A stretch of 64,000 bases of DNA, taken from Takakia lepidozioides (Eukaryota; Plantae; Bryophyta). Positions 13,764 to 25,676 of the stretch are shown here, piece after piece (position 1 is the first letter of the stretch; the number at the start of each line of letters is the position of its first letter). Under the pieces are notes generated by a model. The model was not told where the DNA came from. It made no database searches and saw only the letters and a program-made list of their open reading frames with translations. Both the position numbers and the translations under genes were made by a program. The DNA lies in NCBI GenBank assembly GCA_030704615.1, contig CM060733.1:24428001-24492000 (forward strand), in the 5' to 3' direction.

Positions 13764-16391
13764 ATGCGGCCTCAGTTCGTGCTGTTTGGCGATTCCATCA
13801 CGCAGCAATCGTTTCGGCCTGGAGGGTGGGGAGCTGGCCTCACCGACCGCTATGCCAGGAAGGTGTTTCTCCGCCCTTTCCTACTTCCTCCATCCGGCAC
13901 TTTGTTCTCTAACTCTTTTGAGTCGTCAGTAATGCTATCTACTGAGGGTGCTTGAGGCGCATTGCCGTTTCTAATTTGAAAGTTGTCTATGGATGCATGG
14001 GATGCTAAAGTGATCTAGATTTCTAGGTTTTAGATCTCATAATACCCCGGGAACATCTTCAACAAAATTTGCCTCAAAGATTGATGTCTTGGAAAAGTTT
14101 AACGGAAGGTATCCTGAAATTCTTTCTCAGAAGAGGGCTCTGATAGCAAGCGTGTCCTGGAGTGCAGGCAGATGTGGTGTTGCGGGGATATAGTGGGTAC
14201 AACACGCGATGGGCACTCTTTTTGCTGGATAAAATATTTCCGAAGGTAGTGGTGCTTCCTTGGATCCCCAGTCATAATGGGCAAGGGATTCCTCTGTGCT
14301 TTTCCAGCTTGGGTATATTCATTGCATATGAAAAGTCGAGAAAATCACCCCCTGGGGGCTTCACTTTCTCTGTAGCTGAGGAGGGATATCTGTAAGGTCT
14401 ATCTATAGAGGTAATGAATTTGCAGACCAAACAGTGTGCTTAGTGATACCTTCTTCTCTCAGAAGTGCTCCTTATAATCCATTGTATTGACACTGCAACT
14501 GAATGTGGCCAATTGCTGAAAGCTTTGTTGGGCTTGTTGGGATGGGAAACAGTCATCAGAGGCCCCAGAATTGGTAACGGTGTTTTTTGGTGCAAATGAT
14601 GCAGCACTACCCGAGGCAGGCAGCCAGCAGCAGCATGTACCTATTCCTGAGTTTAAGGCCAATCTCCATCATATCATCTCGCATATCAAGGTCTGCAAAT
14701 GTGAAGACGTCTTTCAGATCTATTCTATGACACTGTTTATCTTTGTTTTCTGACTTCTATGAAGCTTTGATGCACTGCAAATTCCTTAATACTGGCTGAG
14801 CTGCAGAGTGCCTTTGAGGAGGCACTGTGAGGATAGCACACTCCAGTTCTTTCTTTTGGGGACAGTGCTAGTAGAGCTTCCTAGAGTGGTTGGTGTGGCC
14901 GGGATTGGAATTTTGCGAGCACCCATCACATTCACTTGCATGTGACTTTCTTGGGCAGATTTTGATAAACTGTTTGTTGTTCACTTTGTTAGCCTAATGT
15001 GGTGTTGGATGGCATCAAGGGTTGAATTTCCTTAATCGTAAACTGGGAACTTCTTGGGGGAAACTGTCATGGTGTGGTTACTCTACAGTTGAGTGGTTGG
15101 CCAAGATGTTACATGTGAATTCTGCCCTAACTGAGAGTGTAGTATAGTGGCCATGTCATATGTTCACTTGTACGGGAGGATGGTTTACATACAACTGCAT
15201 ATCCTGTGTGCAGGCCCTTTCAGAAACAACACTTGTGGTGCTGATTGCACCCCCTCCCATTGACGAGGTTGGGCGCCACACATATGCCAGGTCCAGGAAC
15301 TTCCTTGGTCTGCCTTATCCTACATGCCGGTGATTTTCATGACAAGAAAATGCGGAGAGCTGACATCTCGTGACTCTCTGGCAGGGCAATGTACGGCGAC
15401 AAGGCAGAGGAGCCTCCAGAGCGAACTAATGAAGTGACAGGGCAATATGCCAAGGCATGCAAAGAGGTGAGCGAGGAGGCATGTGTGCCTGTCATTGACC
15501 TTTGGTCCATCTTTCAGCAGAGGCACAACTGGCAGACTTATCTCAGGTCTGTGTAAATGCACACTACTGTGAAGAGTTGACATCCTAATGGTATGTTTGG
15601 GTGTACACCAAATACTGTGGAAAAGTCTGTTTTGATTCTGAGCTTAAGAAGTTCATCTGTATGTCGTTGTGGCAATTTAGACCTGTAGTCTCAAGTGAGA
15701 TGATCTCCAAAAGCATGGCAACTTGACTTCGTCTTCCACTGAGTTTAGATGGTATGGCTTTGAGAAGTATTTTTTTCTATTGTTTGTTAGTCTGTCCTTG
15801 CGACCTCCCTTAACTCCGTCAACAGAAGCCGAATTTGGCAACATTTTATATCAAAATTGAAAATCTAAGCTAATTTATGTAGAATGGTTTGATAAACTTC
15901 ACATACAAGTAGTCACCTACTGGCCGAGTAGTCGCAGTAGTCGGTGCAATTTCTAGAATCAAAATTATTGTCACATCAAGAGGCTGCCAGACGTTGGATA
16001 ACAGTACTCTGCTATGCATGTGTTTGACCTCCTTGGAGGGTTTTTGAGGGGGGAAGATTTGATGGCGTGCGATTTTGTTGGCTGCAGTGATGGCCTTCAT
16101 CTGACACCTGAAGGCAACTCAGTTGTCTTGGAGGAGCTGGTCAAGCTACTGGGAGGTTTTCCATATTATTTGAGTTCCGATACTATGGACTTTGACTTTC
16201 CAGAACATTCCGTGGTTGATGCTCAAAATCCTCATCATACTTTTCAGCAAAGCAAACCTGATGCTATCGAGTACTTCCTCAACCATCCTTGCCTTTTCCA
16301 ATCCAGTGAACTGCATTTGGTACTCTGGCTCAGAAAGTATCTTTCTCCCTATTTACTTTTGTGTGCACCCAATTGGCTCACAAATTCCTGA
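13764..16391 (+). CDS. SGNH/GDSL esterase (IAH1/At5g62930-like), copy B, 6 exons, 285 aa
   Basis: Exons 13764-13862, 14168-14245, 14553-14690, 15214-15290, 15385-15546 and 16088-16391. All introns are GT-AG and the total is 858 nt in frame. FGDS, GYSG, GAND and DGLH catalytic blocks are present. Confidence 0.9.
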
Positions 16392-17183
16392 ATCATCTCA
16401 ACAAAATACATATTAATATTAAGTTTCTGTGTGACAGGTTGCCAACTTGAGTTCGCTTGGTGACTGCAGCCACAGCTATTCATGCCTGACTTACACTGCT
16501 CAAAGTTGTTTTATGCAATGAAAGGGGCCGTACATTTTGTGATAGTTTCAACCAGACACATTACGACAGCTTCTGTAACTTGAGCACAAGGCAGGGGTGG
16601 GAACTGTAGGTGAAGAGATGGGTGCTACAAAGCTGCAGCTCTCTCGAGGTTAGGGACCCAGACTCCCTGTGGTATGACTTCGTTTTTATTAGTCGCTTTC
16701 TACTATGTCCAAAGCTCATTATGAGCAACTTTCCAGACGAGCAGGTCTGCTATTTGATCAATCCAAATTATTTGGGCCCTATTTGGCTTCACACCAAGCA
16801 TCTCCAGACAAGACAATACAGAAGCAACGACAAACTCGAGCAGAGCATAGAGCTGAAGCTTACATTGACAGAGAACGTTTGGGAAGGGGAACAAACCTGC
16901 GTTTTCAGACAATGTGAAAATGATTTGCAAAACTTTTATATGTTCCCCTTATCTTTCCATTGTAGCAGCGAGGATTACCTGCACCTGAATGGCCCAGATG
17001 CAGGGTGGGTAAGATCCAACGGCATAAAATTTATCAGATTTTGCACATTTTTTCTCATCCAAATTGACTGATTCTGTAGTTCCACCTTTGCCCATTTCTC
17101 GCAAGGGAAATGATCATCATATTATTTTTATTACATGATTTAAAAAATTACTGGGATGGAGTTAATTAGTGGCAGACTTTGCA

Positions 17184-18575
17184 GATTGGGATGCAAACAC
17201 CATGAAATATGAAACATCATGAGCTTCACACAGACATCATGAAAGCTGGAATTCTGGTAGATATCATTCTGGGCAATACCCTCATTGACATGTATGCTAA
17301 ATGCGGGAGTATGAAGAATGCGCGGAGAGTTTTTGACAACATGGCCAAGCGAGATGTGGTTTCGTGGAACACATTGGTTGCAGGATATGCTCAGCATGGG
17401 TGTGGCAGTGAGGGTTTTAAGCTGTATGAGCAAATGATACGGGAAGGGGTAACACCCAACCAGGTGACGCTCGATAGTGTTCTCAATGCGTGTGCCACAC
17501 TGGCCGCCCTCGAGAAGGGCCAAGAGGTCCATGCAGACATAATCAAAGCCGGATTTGTGCAAATAATGTCCTGCAAAATACTCTTGTTGACATGTACGCG
17601 AAATGTGGGAGCACAAAAGATGCACATGAGGTGTTTGACAGTATGGCTGAATGAAATGTGGTCTCATGGAATGTGATTGTTGCAGGATATTCTCAGCATG
17701 GTTGTGTGGTATGGAAGCTGTGCAGTTATTTGAACAAATGCTGGGGGAAGGCTTGAAGCCAGATGACACCACCTTTACATGTGTTCTCGCTGCATGTAGC
17801 CATGGGGGTTTAGTGGATGAAGGCTGTCACTATTCTGATTATATTAGTCAAGATCTTGGCTTCTCTCCTAAGGCAGAGCAATTTGGCTGTATGGTGGACC
17901 TTCTTGGCCGTGCAGGGCAGTTGGAGGAGGCAGAGGAGTTCATTAACAAAATGCCGATCAAAGCAGCAACTTCAATGTGGGGGGGCCTTGCTTGGTGCCT
18001 GTAGAATTCATGGCAATGTGATAGTGGCAGAACGTGTGGCAAAATACTATCTCAAGTGGGATCCACAGGATGCCGCAACTTATGTGCTACTATCAAACAT
18101 CTATCCTGCCGCGGGCAGGTGGGCAAAGGTGAGAAAAATGATGAAAGAGAGGGGTGTCAGAAAGGAGCCAGGTCACTGCTTCATTGAGGTCAACAACCAG
18201 TTGCACCCATTTGTTGTGGATGATACGGTGCACCCTCAAATTGATGAAATCCAGGCTGAGCTGAAGAGATTGTATGTGCAGATAAGGGAGGCTAGGTATG
18301 TGGCTGACACTCAATTTGTATTGCATGATGTGAAGGAACAGCAAAAACAATTTTGTCTAAGCCACCATAGTGAGAAGCTGGCCATAGCTTTTGGGCTCAT
18401 CAGCATTTCCCCTAGGACACCTCTCCATATCATCAAGAACCGTAGGGTCTGTGGTAACTGCCACAGGGCCACCAAGTTCATCACAAAGATTGTTCGGCGC
18501 ACAATTGTTGTAAGGGATGCCAACCGGTTTCACCACTTCCAAGATGGGGTTTGTTCTTGTGGAGATTACTGGTGA
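17184..18575 (+). pseudogene. PLS-E-DYW class PPR (RNA-editing factor family), frameshifted
   Basis: NTLIDMYAKCG and DVVSWN repeats, E domain, HSEKLA..CGNCH..FHHFQDGVCSCGDYW*. Frameshifts near 17560, 17705 and the G-run near 17980; in-frame TGA near 17652. Confidence 0.9.
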
Positions 18576-19229
18576 AATGAGCCACGTGGAAAAAGTGCCA
18601 ATGTCAGGGTGAATGTCAGGTCCGCCCTTGGTGATGTTAGAATTCAGTGATGACTCAAACAACGGCAGGGAAGTCATAGAAAGACCCGAGTTATTGGCGG
18701 ACTTTGCAAGAAACACGAGGCAGATGAAGACTCAAGTTTTGCACCAAAATGGAAACCTCAAAGGAGGAGAAGATTGGATAGTTGATTCAGTTCAAATTCA
18801 CTCTAGTCAAGTTCCAAATTTTGGAGGGCCACTGTGGTACAAGCCACTCTGGGTAGCACTTGATTGGCCCCTCCCCTTTGGGGGCAAGGGGTATGGTGGC
18901 ACAACCAAAACTGCCGGTGGAGTGCCTGCACATCAAGTTCCCGCATGCCATGAACGGTTTGAACAAGTTAGGTTGCTTTATTTAGTACTAAAATTTGACA
19001 AACTTTGTCATTAGTATTTTTAGGATGCCAGCTAGTGCCAAGTTTTTGTTTCTCGGCAAGACAGAAGGCCACGTTGACAAGTTCTGGCTAAACCCTAATA
19101 TATTTTAGCCAAAAAATCAAATTATTTTTAGTCAAATAACTATATTGTTAATAGTTGAATTATTGAAGGGGAAGAAGAGTTAAATCTCAAAGGGTGCCCT
19201 CAACGGTCAACCATGACCAAGAAGAAAAC

Positions 19230-19960
19230 CCTAACATATTTTTTACATTTATTCTAATGATCCCTTAGAGCCAATATAAATTGGAAATTGTTTTTAAAAA
19301 AAAATAACAATTGTTATAGCGTTCTAAGCCGCTTTAAGGATTTCATAGAGCGGGAAAACAAATGGGTTAACCATGACGAAGAAGATAAACCTTAACATAT
19401 TTTTTATATTTATTCTAACGATCCCTTAATATCCTTAGAGCCAATGTAAGGATTTGTTAGATTGGGAAAATAGAACAAGCTAAATTGCTATTTATATTCG
19501 CTCTAAGAATCCTTTAGAGCCGCTCTAGGGTTTTTTAGAGTGGAAAAATAGAAAAAACTAATTTGCTATTTACATTGGATCTAAGTATTACTTAGAGTTT
19601 TTTTTTTTTTTTTTTTTAAACTTGCTATTTACATTTGCCCTAAGGATCTCTTAGAGCCACTCTAGGATTTCTACAGCGGGGAAACAGAAAAAGCTAAATT
19701 GCTATTTGTATTTGCTCTAAGGATTCTTCAGGGCCGCTCTAAGGATTTATTAGAGCGGGAAAACAAAAAAAATCTAAATGGTTATACACATTTGATCTGA
19801 GCATTACTTAGAGCAAGAAAACAGAATAAACTATATTGCTATTTGCAATCGCTCTAAGGATCCCTTAGAGCCACTCTGAGCCGCTCTAAGGATTTTTTAG
19901 AGTGATTAAAAAAAACAACACATTCACTCTAAGAGTTTCTTATAATCACTCTAAGGATTT
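19230..19960. repeat. Array of ~70-bp degenerate units containing the palindrome GCTCTAAGG-ATC-CCTTAGAGC
   Basis: Repeated AGAGCGGGAAAAYAGAAAAA-CTAAATTGCTATTTAYATT-GCTCTAAGGATCCCTTAGAGCCGCTCTAAGG; perfect 9-bp arms at 19851-19871. Confidence 0.75.
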
Positions 19961-21179
19961 TTTATTGCGTCATTGGATTGAATTGGTATATCACGATCAA
20001 TATTATACATGTCATATTTGATGTATACATATGGATATATACACATTATACATATAGGAATATGAACTCCTATAGATTGGACTGGTTTCAGCCCTGGTTT
20101 TCACAAAAAAAAAATTATTTCTGTATAGGGATTCAAACCCTTATAGCTATCCATTATAGCATACAAAATTGTGGCCCAAAGGCCTTAAAGATTAACCATA
20201 AAGGTTGAAAAAATAGGAAAATTTTGAAATACAATATGATAAACAATTTGATTGAATGGATTTTGAATTTATTGAAATGATGAAATCTGAGGTTGAAAAC
20301 ATGATATATTATAGTATTATATTTTATATATTATTTTAATATATTTATTCATTATTATTCGTTAAATAAACTCGTTAATATAGATAGTATATTTGAAATA
20401 TTTGAAGTTTTTGAGATGTAATATGATAGATAATTTGATTGATTAGATTTAAATTTGAATGATGAATCTGACATTGAAAGCATGATATAAATTGATAATA
20501 TATTTTTATTTTATAATATATAATATACATCATTATATTTAAATAAATAATATATATTATAATTTTGGTTCTTTTAAATAAATATTTTAGTATGTTCATT
20601 TATATAAATAATATAAATATTTTATATTTTATATTTTATATTTTAAATATGAAAATATAATGATAAGATCTAAAGTGATATGAATAAATGAATATGTAGT
20701 AAGTAAAAATAACAGATGATTTTAACTGATAATGATTGATTTATGATAATGCATGGAATGATAATTGATTAGTTAATGGATAGAATGATAGTTGATTTAC
20801 GTAACGACGTTGTTAGATTATAGCTAGATTTTAATATATTTATTTATTAATAAATATTTTTATTAAACATAATATCAATATTCTTTTCTCATATACCTAT
20901 TTATACTATATATATATTTCTGATTATAATTAATATTTATAATCTCTAAGTTGTATATACTATATTGATATCATGTTTGAATATCATATACACTATAGAT
21001 TATGATGTAACATTCAAGTAGCATAATCACAGTGTAATGAATTTTGATGATATCTTGGAAATGTAAGATAGTGCTTTTGGTAGTTATCTAATAATGTGTC
21101 AAATATGCTAGAAGAAAAGAAAACGAAACAAAACGAAAGGAAAGGAAGGAGAAAGAACGAAGAGAAAAAATGAAAAGAA

Positions 21180-23070
21180 CTTAGGACTCCTTAGCACTCC
21201 TTAGGGCCACCCTAAGGAGTCCTAATGCAATTATAAATAACAAAATACATCTTTCCATTTTCCCCCTCTTAGGAGGCTATAATAAATAATAATTTCTATC
21301 ATTCTATTTTTCCCACTCTTAGGACTCTTTAAGGGCGCCCTAAGGAGTCCAAAGGGCAATAATTTACATCTTTCAATTTTTCCCTTCTTATAGATAATAA
21401 TTTATATGTTTCTATTTTCCCCCTCTTATAACCCCTTAGGTTGCCAAAACGGGTCTTAAGGGCGATTATTTAAGTCTTTCCATTTTTCTCCTCCTAGGAC
21501 TGTCCTAAGAAATCCTAAGGGTAATTATAAATAATAATTTATATGGTTTTATTTTCCCCCCTCTTAGAGCTCTTTAGGGCGGCCCAAAGGAGTCCTAAGG
21601 GCAATTACAAATAATAATATATATACATTTTATTTTCCCTCTCTTAGGATTACCCTAAGGAGTCCTAAGGGCAATTATAAATAATAATTTGCATCTTTAA
21701 ATTTTCCCCTCCTTAGGACAGCCCTAAGGAGTCCTAAGGGCAATTATAGATAATAATTTATATATTTCTATCTTCCTCCTCTTATAACCTCTTAGGTTGC
21801 TTGAACGGGTCTTAAGGGCAATTGTTTAAGTTTTTCCATTTTTCTCATCTTAGGACTGTACTATGAAGCCTTAAGGATAATTATAAATAATAATTTATAC
21901 GTCCCCTCTCTTAGGACTCCTTAGGGCCGCCCTGAGGAGTCGTAAGGGAAATTATAAATAATAATTTATACGTTTCTGTTTTCCCCCTCTTATAACCCCT
22001 TAGGCTGCCTAAACGGGTCTTAAGGGCAATTATTTATGTCTTTCCATTTTCTCCTCTTAGGACTCCTCTCCTAAGGAGTCCTAAGGATAATTATAAATAA
22101 TAGTTTATATATTTATATTTTCCCCTCTTATGACTCCTTAGGACAATCCTAAAGAGCCCTAAGGGCAATTATAGATAATAATTATATGTTCCATTTTCCC
22201 CTCTTATAACTCCTTAAGCGGCCTAAACGGGTCTTAAGGGCAATTATTTATGTATTTCCATTTTTCTCCTCTTAGGACTATCCTAAGAAATCCTAAGGGT
22301 AATTATAAATAATAATGTATATGTTTTTATTTTCTATAATTTATATTATTTCCATTTTCCCCCTCTTATGACTCCTTAGGGCCGCCCTAAGGAGTCCTAA
22401 GGGCAATTATATATAGTAATTTATATGTTTCCATTCTCCCCTCTTATAACCCCTTAGGCTGCCTAAACGGGTCTTAAGGGCAAATATTTATGTCTTTCCA
22501 TTTTTCTTCCTCTTATTACTCCTTAGGACTGTCCTAAGAAGTCCTAAGGGTAATTATAAATAATAATATATATGTTTTCATTTCCCTCCTCTTATGACTC
22601 CTTAGGGCCGCCCTAAGCAGTCCTAAGGGCAATTATAAATAATAATTTACATATTTCCCTTCCCCCCCTTAGGACTCCTTAGGGCAATCCTAAGGAGTCC
22701 TAAGGGCAGTTATAAATAATATCTTATTATTTTTGTATTTTTAACATAGGTACCAACGCGTAAAGGTTTATTTCAAAAAAGGATGTCAGTGTATTACAAA
22801 TGAATAAATGAATGTTTATCGAAAATAAAGTTTTGTTTTAATTATAATAAATGATGACAACCTACCAATTTTGTCGGTACATACCAATAAATAGTATATG
22901 TGATTCATAAATATAATGACCAAAGTTGATACATTTATTATAGTAATTTATTTTTTAAATTTCCCTTAGAAAATATACTTTTCTTTCACAGTTATAAATA
23001 ATAATTTACATATTTTCATTTTCCCTCCCTTAGGACTCCTTAAGGCAATCCTAAGGAGTCCTAAGAGCAG
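21180..23070. repeat. Array of ~70-80-bp units containing the palindrome GACTCCTTAGGG-CCG-CCCTAAGGAGTC
   Basis: More than 20 degenerate units; perfect 12-bp arms at 22370-22396. The reverse complement of the unit resembles the 19230-19960 unit. Confidence 0.85.
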
Positions 23071-23345
23071 GTTATAAATAATATCTTACTATTTTTTTAT
23101 TTTTAACATAGGTACTAACACGTAAAGGTTTATTTCAAAAAAGGATGTCAGTGCATTACAATTGATGTATGAACCTTTATCAAAAATAAAGTTTTATTTT
23201 AATTATAATAAATGATGACCACCCACCATTTTGTCGGTACATACTAATAAATAGTATATGTGATTCATAAATATAATGACCAAAGTTGATACATTTATTA
23301 TAGTAGTTTATATTTTTTCTCTTTCCCTTAGGAAATATTCTTTTC
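22640..23345. repeat. About 360-bp direct tandem duplication
   Basis: AACATAGGTAC..TAAAGGTTTATTTCAAAAAAGGATGTCAGT..CAAAGTTGATACATTTATTA is present twice (about 22740-22940 and 23100-23300). Confidence 0.8.
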
Positions 23346-23917
23346 TTTTAGAGTTTCAAGTCTCTCATGATCTCGCTTAGCCTCTTCCAACATACCTGTA
23401 AATCTTCCGCAGTTTTTGACAATGTTGCCTATAGTCCGACTCTCTTAATTAATTACAGTAGAAAGAAAAAAAATAGATTGAAATACTTAGAATGAGATTG
23501 TTACATGTCCGATCTTTAGATGTTCAGAAAACGGAAGTGAGACTGAATGTTGTGTGATAAATCTTTGAATATTATATATATATATATATATATAACATAC
23601 TTGATTGTTACATGTTTAAGAATATTGTGTAATTACAAGTGACTGGTTGTATAAAAGTTAAAATTTGAATATATATATATTTTTTAGTAGTGAATACGTG
23701 TTGATTTTATTCGTACAGTAATGTAACTTCTAATGATTCTAATAAGTTTAGGTTATGACTAAAAAGATGAATACTAAAAATAACTTTAAAAATGATTCAA
23801 ACATAAAGATAAACTATTAAATCTTGTATTGCTATATGCAACTAGTTTTGCCACTTAAGCCTTCTATCTTTAATTATTAGCTTAAGTTAACCCACTCCAG
23901 AATCCAGGTCCCGACGG

Positions 23918-23978
23918 AGCTCTCATCATCCAGCTTGGTGATAAAATTGACGGCCACACCCTTGACAAGCAGGGACAC
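23918..23978 (-). pseudogene. Tiny eIF4A/DEAD-box helicase-like exon fragment
   Basis: After a CAG acceptor it reads VSLLVKGVAVNFITKLDDE, resembling eIF4A VSL(VINYD...GR)KGVAINFVTxxDE with the middle deleted. Confidence 0.45.
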
Positions 23979-25676
23979 CTGCGGGACCCAATGCACACGC
24001 AGAAGCAGCAAATCTGCTGAATACAAAAGGAAAAAGTACATTCTTTCTACTATGTACCAGGATATACTCCTAACAATTAGGTCCTAACAGGGAAGAGAAT
24101 TCATCTTTTGCACGCGATGTTCATGATGATGATGAAGCGTGTGCTTGAACATGAGGGACTGTCTGGGCACTACAGCCACCATCGTGCATATGCTTCCACT
24201 ATTTTTGCCTTCTTGTTGTGCTTTCGGGAACCTTCGTTTTATGGTTTGGTTCTATGTCATAAATATGGAAAATGCGGACATCTGTCGTCGATAACGTCCT
24301 CTGCTTGTGATCCGTCATGATATGTTTAGCCCTTTCGTACTGCATCCCTCATGAGAGCCTTCACAAGTTTAGTTCGTTAAAGGAACCCATGGGTAACATG
24401 GGCGCGAAAATGGTGGAAGCGTATGCACATGGGGGCGTGTATTGCAGATTTCGTATCGGACGATAGGACTGTTTATGTGACCAAGTATAGCGGCTTGCAT
24501 CCCGTCGTGCATAAGTTGTGGAAAAAGGTGGAGAATCTGAAGAAACCCAGCTTTGTGATGGATCCACATGGTATTATATAAGGGATGGCAGCACAAAAAA
24601 ACAATTCGAGTCGTCACGGAACACCATCCAGTCGTAAGGTCCTCAAACATCCACACGCACCTGCTGAATGCAGATGTCTGAACCACGACGGGAGATGTTT
24701 GAGACAATTGCATCTGCAAATGCGCGTGGATGTTTGAGGTCCGTTGTGTCGCGAGTCTGTTCACAGTGGGTCCGCTGGCCCGTCAGTGCTCCGGATATTC
24801 CCCTTATCGCGTGCATAACAGTCAGTTTGGAGGCTGTCTGCTGGAAGTCCGTCTGTTGGGATATCAGTCTGTTGCATTTGTGAATTTGTCAGTCTGTTGT
24901 GTCGGAAGTCTGTTGCACTAAGTCTGTTTGACTTCTTATTTTCCCTCCGGTCAGTCTTTTGGCTTGTTCTCCCGCTAGTTTGGCGAAACGTCCGTCTGCT
25001 GGATAGTTCTCCTCTATGGATATCAGTCTGTTGGACTGTTCATGCATCAGTCTGTTGTGCCGCGAGTCTGTTCGACTTTCCTGTTCTCCCCTTACTCTCT
25101 TTTGTCTTCATTCCGCTGGCAGGGAAGTGCCTCCAATATGAAGCCACTTCGCCTCAGCAAAACGAATAGTCCGTTGGACTGGCGGTCCGGTGGACTTTCG
25201 GCCCGATGGGAAATGAGTCTGCTGCACTTGCAAGTAGCGTGGATGAATTTAGTACGATGCGTTCGTTCGGTGGACGTATTCAATGCGATGACGGCGGATA
25301 GTTGGCGCCTGTGAAATCGCGCCACGTTGGCAGTGTCATGCCCGCTTTCCCCCTTCTACTTATATTTTTTTCATTCTCTTCGCGCCTGTTTCTTCGCACA
25401 GTTTTGCACTGCTTTGTTTTCATCTTTGCGATTCCATCACCATAACGAAAGACGACCGTTCTTCCCCAGGTGTGGAGAGTCGCAGTGAGCCGCGAAGCGT
25501 CGCAAACACGCTCGCCTTCGTAACAACTCGAAGTTCATCGGCTCGGTGAGGTTCTCACTTGCTACGGTGTTTCCATTCCATTCTGTGTCATCTTCTTGCT
25601 TAGGGTGAGTCTTTTCATAGGACTTCTATCTGTCGCTCTGTCGCTCATTGTCCTTGCACCTTCGTTTCATTCTGCA

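Noticed and set aside
17140-17772. Long antisense ORFs over PPR, MULE and helicase genes (also 25784-26278 and 34504-35193)
   Set aside because: Shadow ORFs of real coding sequence on the opposite strand, with no motifs of their own.
21180-23070. Palindromic repeat-spacer pattern resembling CRISPR or REP elements
   Set aside because: The intervening sequences are homologous to each other, so this is a degenerate tandem array.
24050-24780. Left TIR of the MULE matching the end near 35960
   Set aside because: No reverse-complement match or TSD found by eye, so the element boundaries remain approximate.
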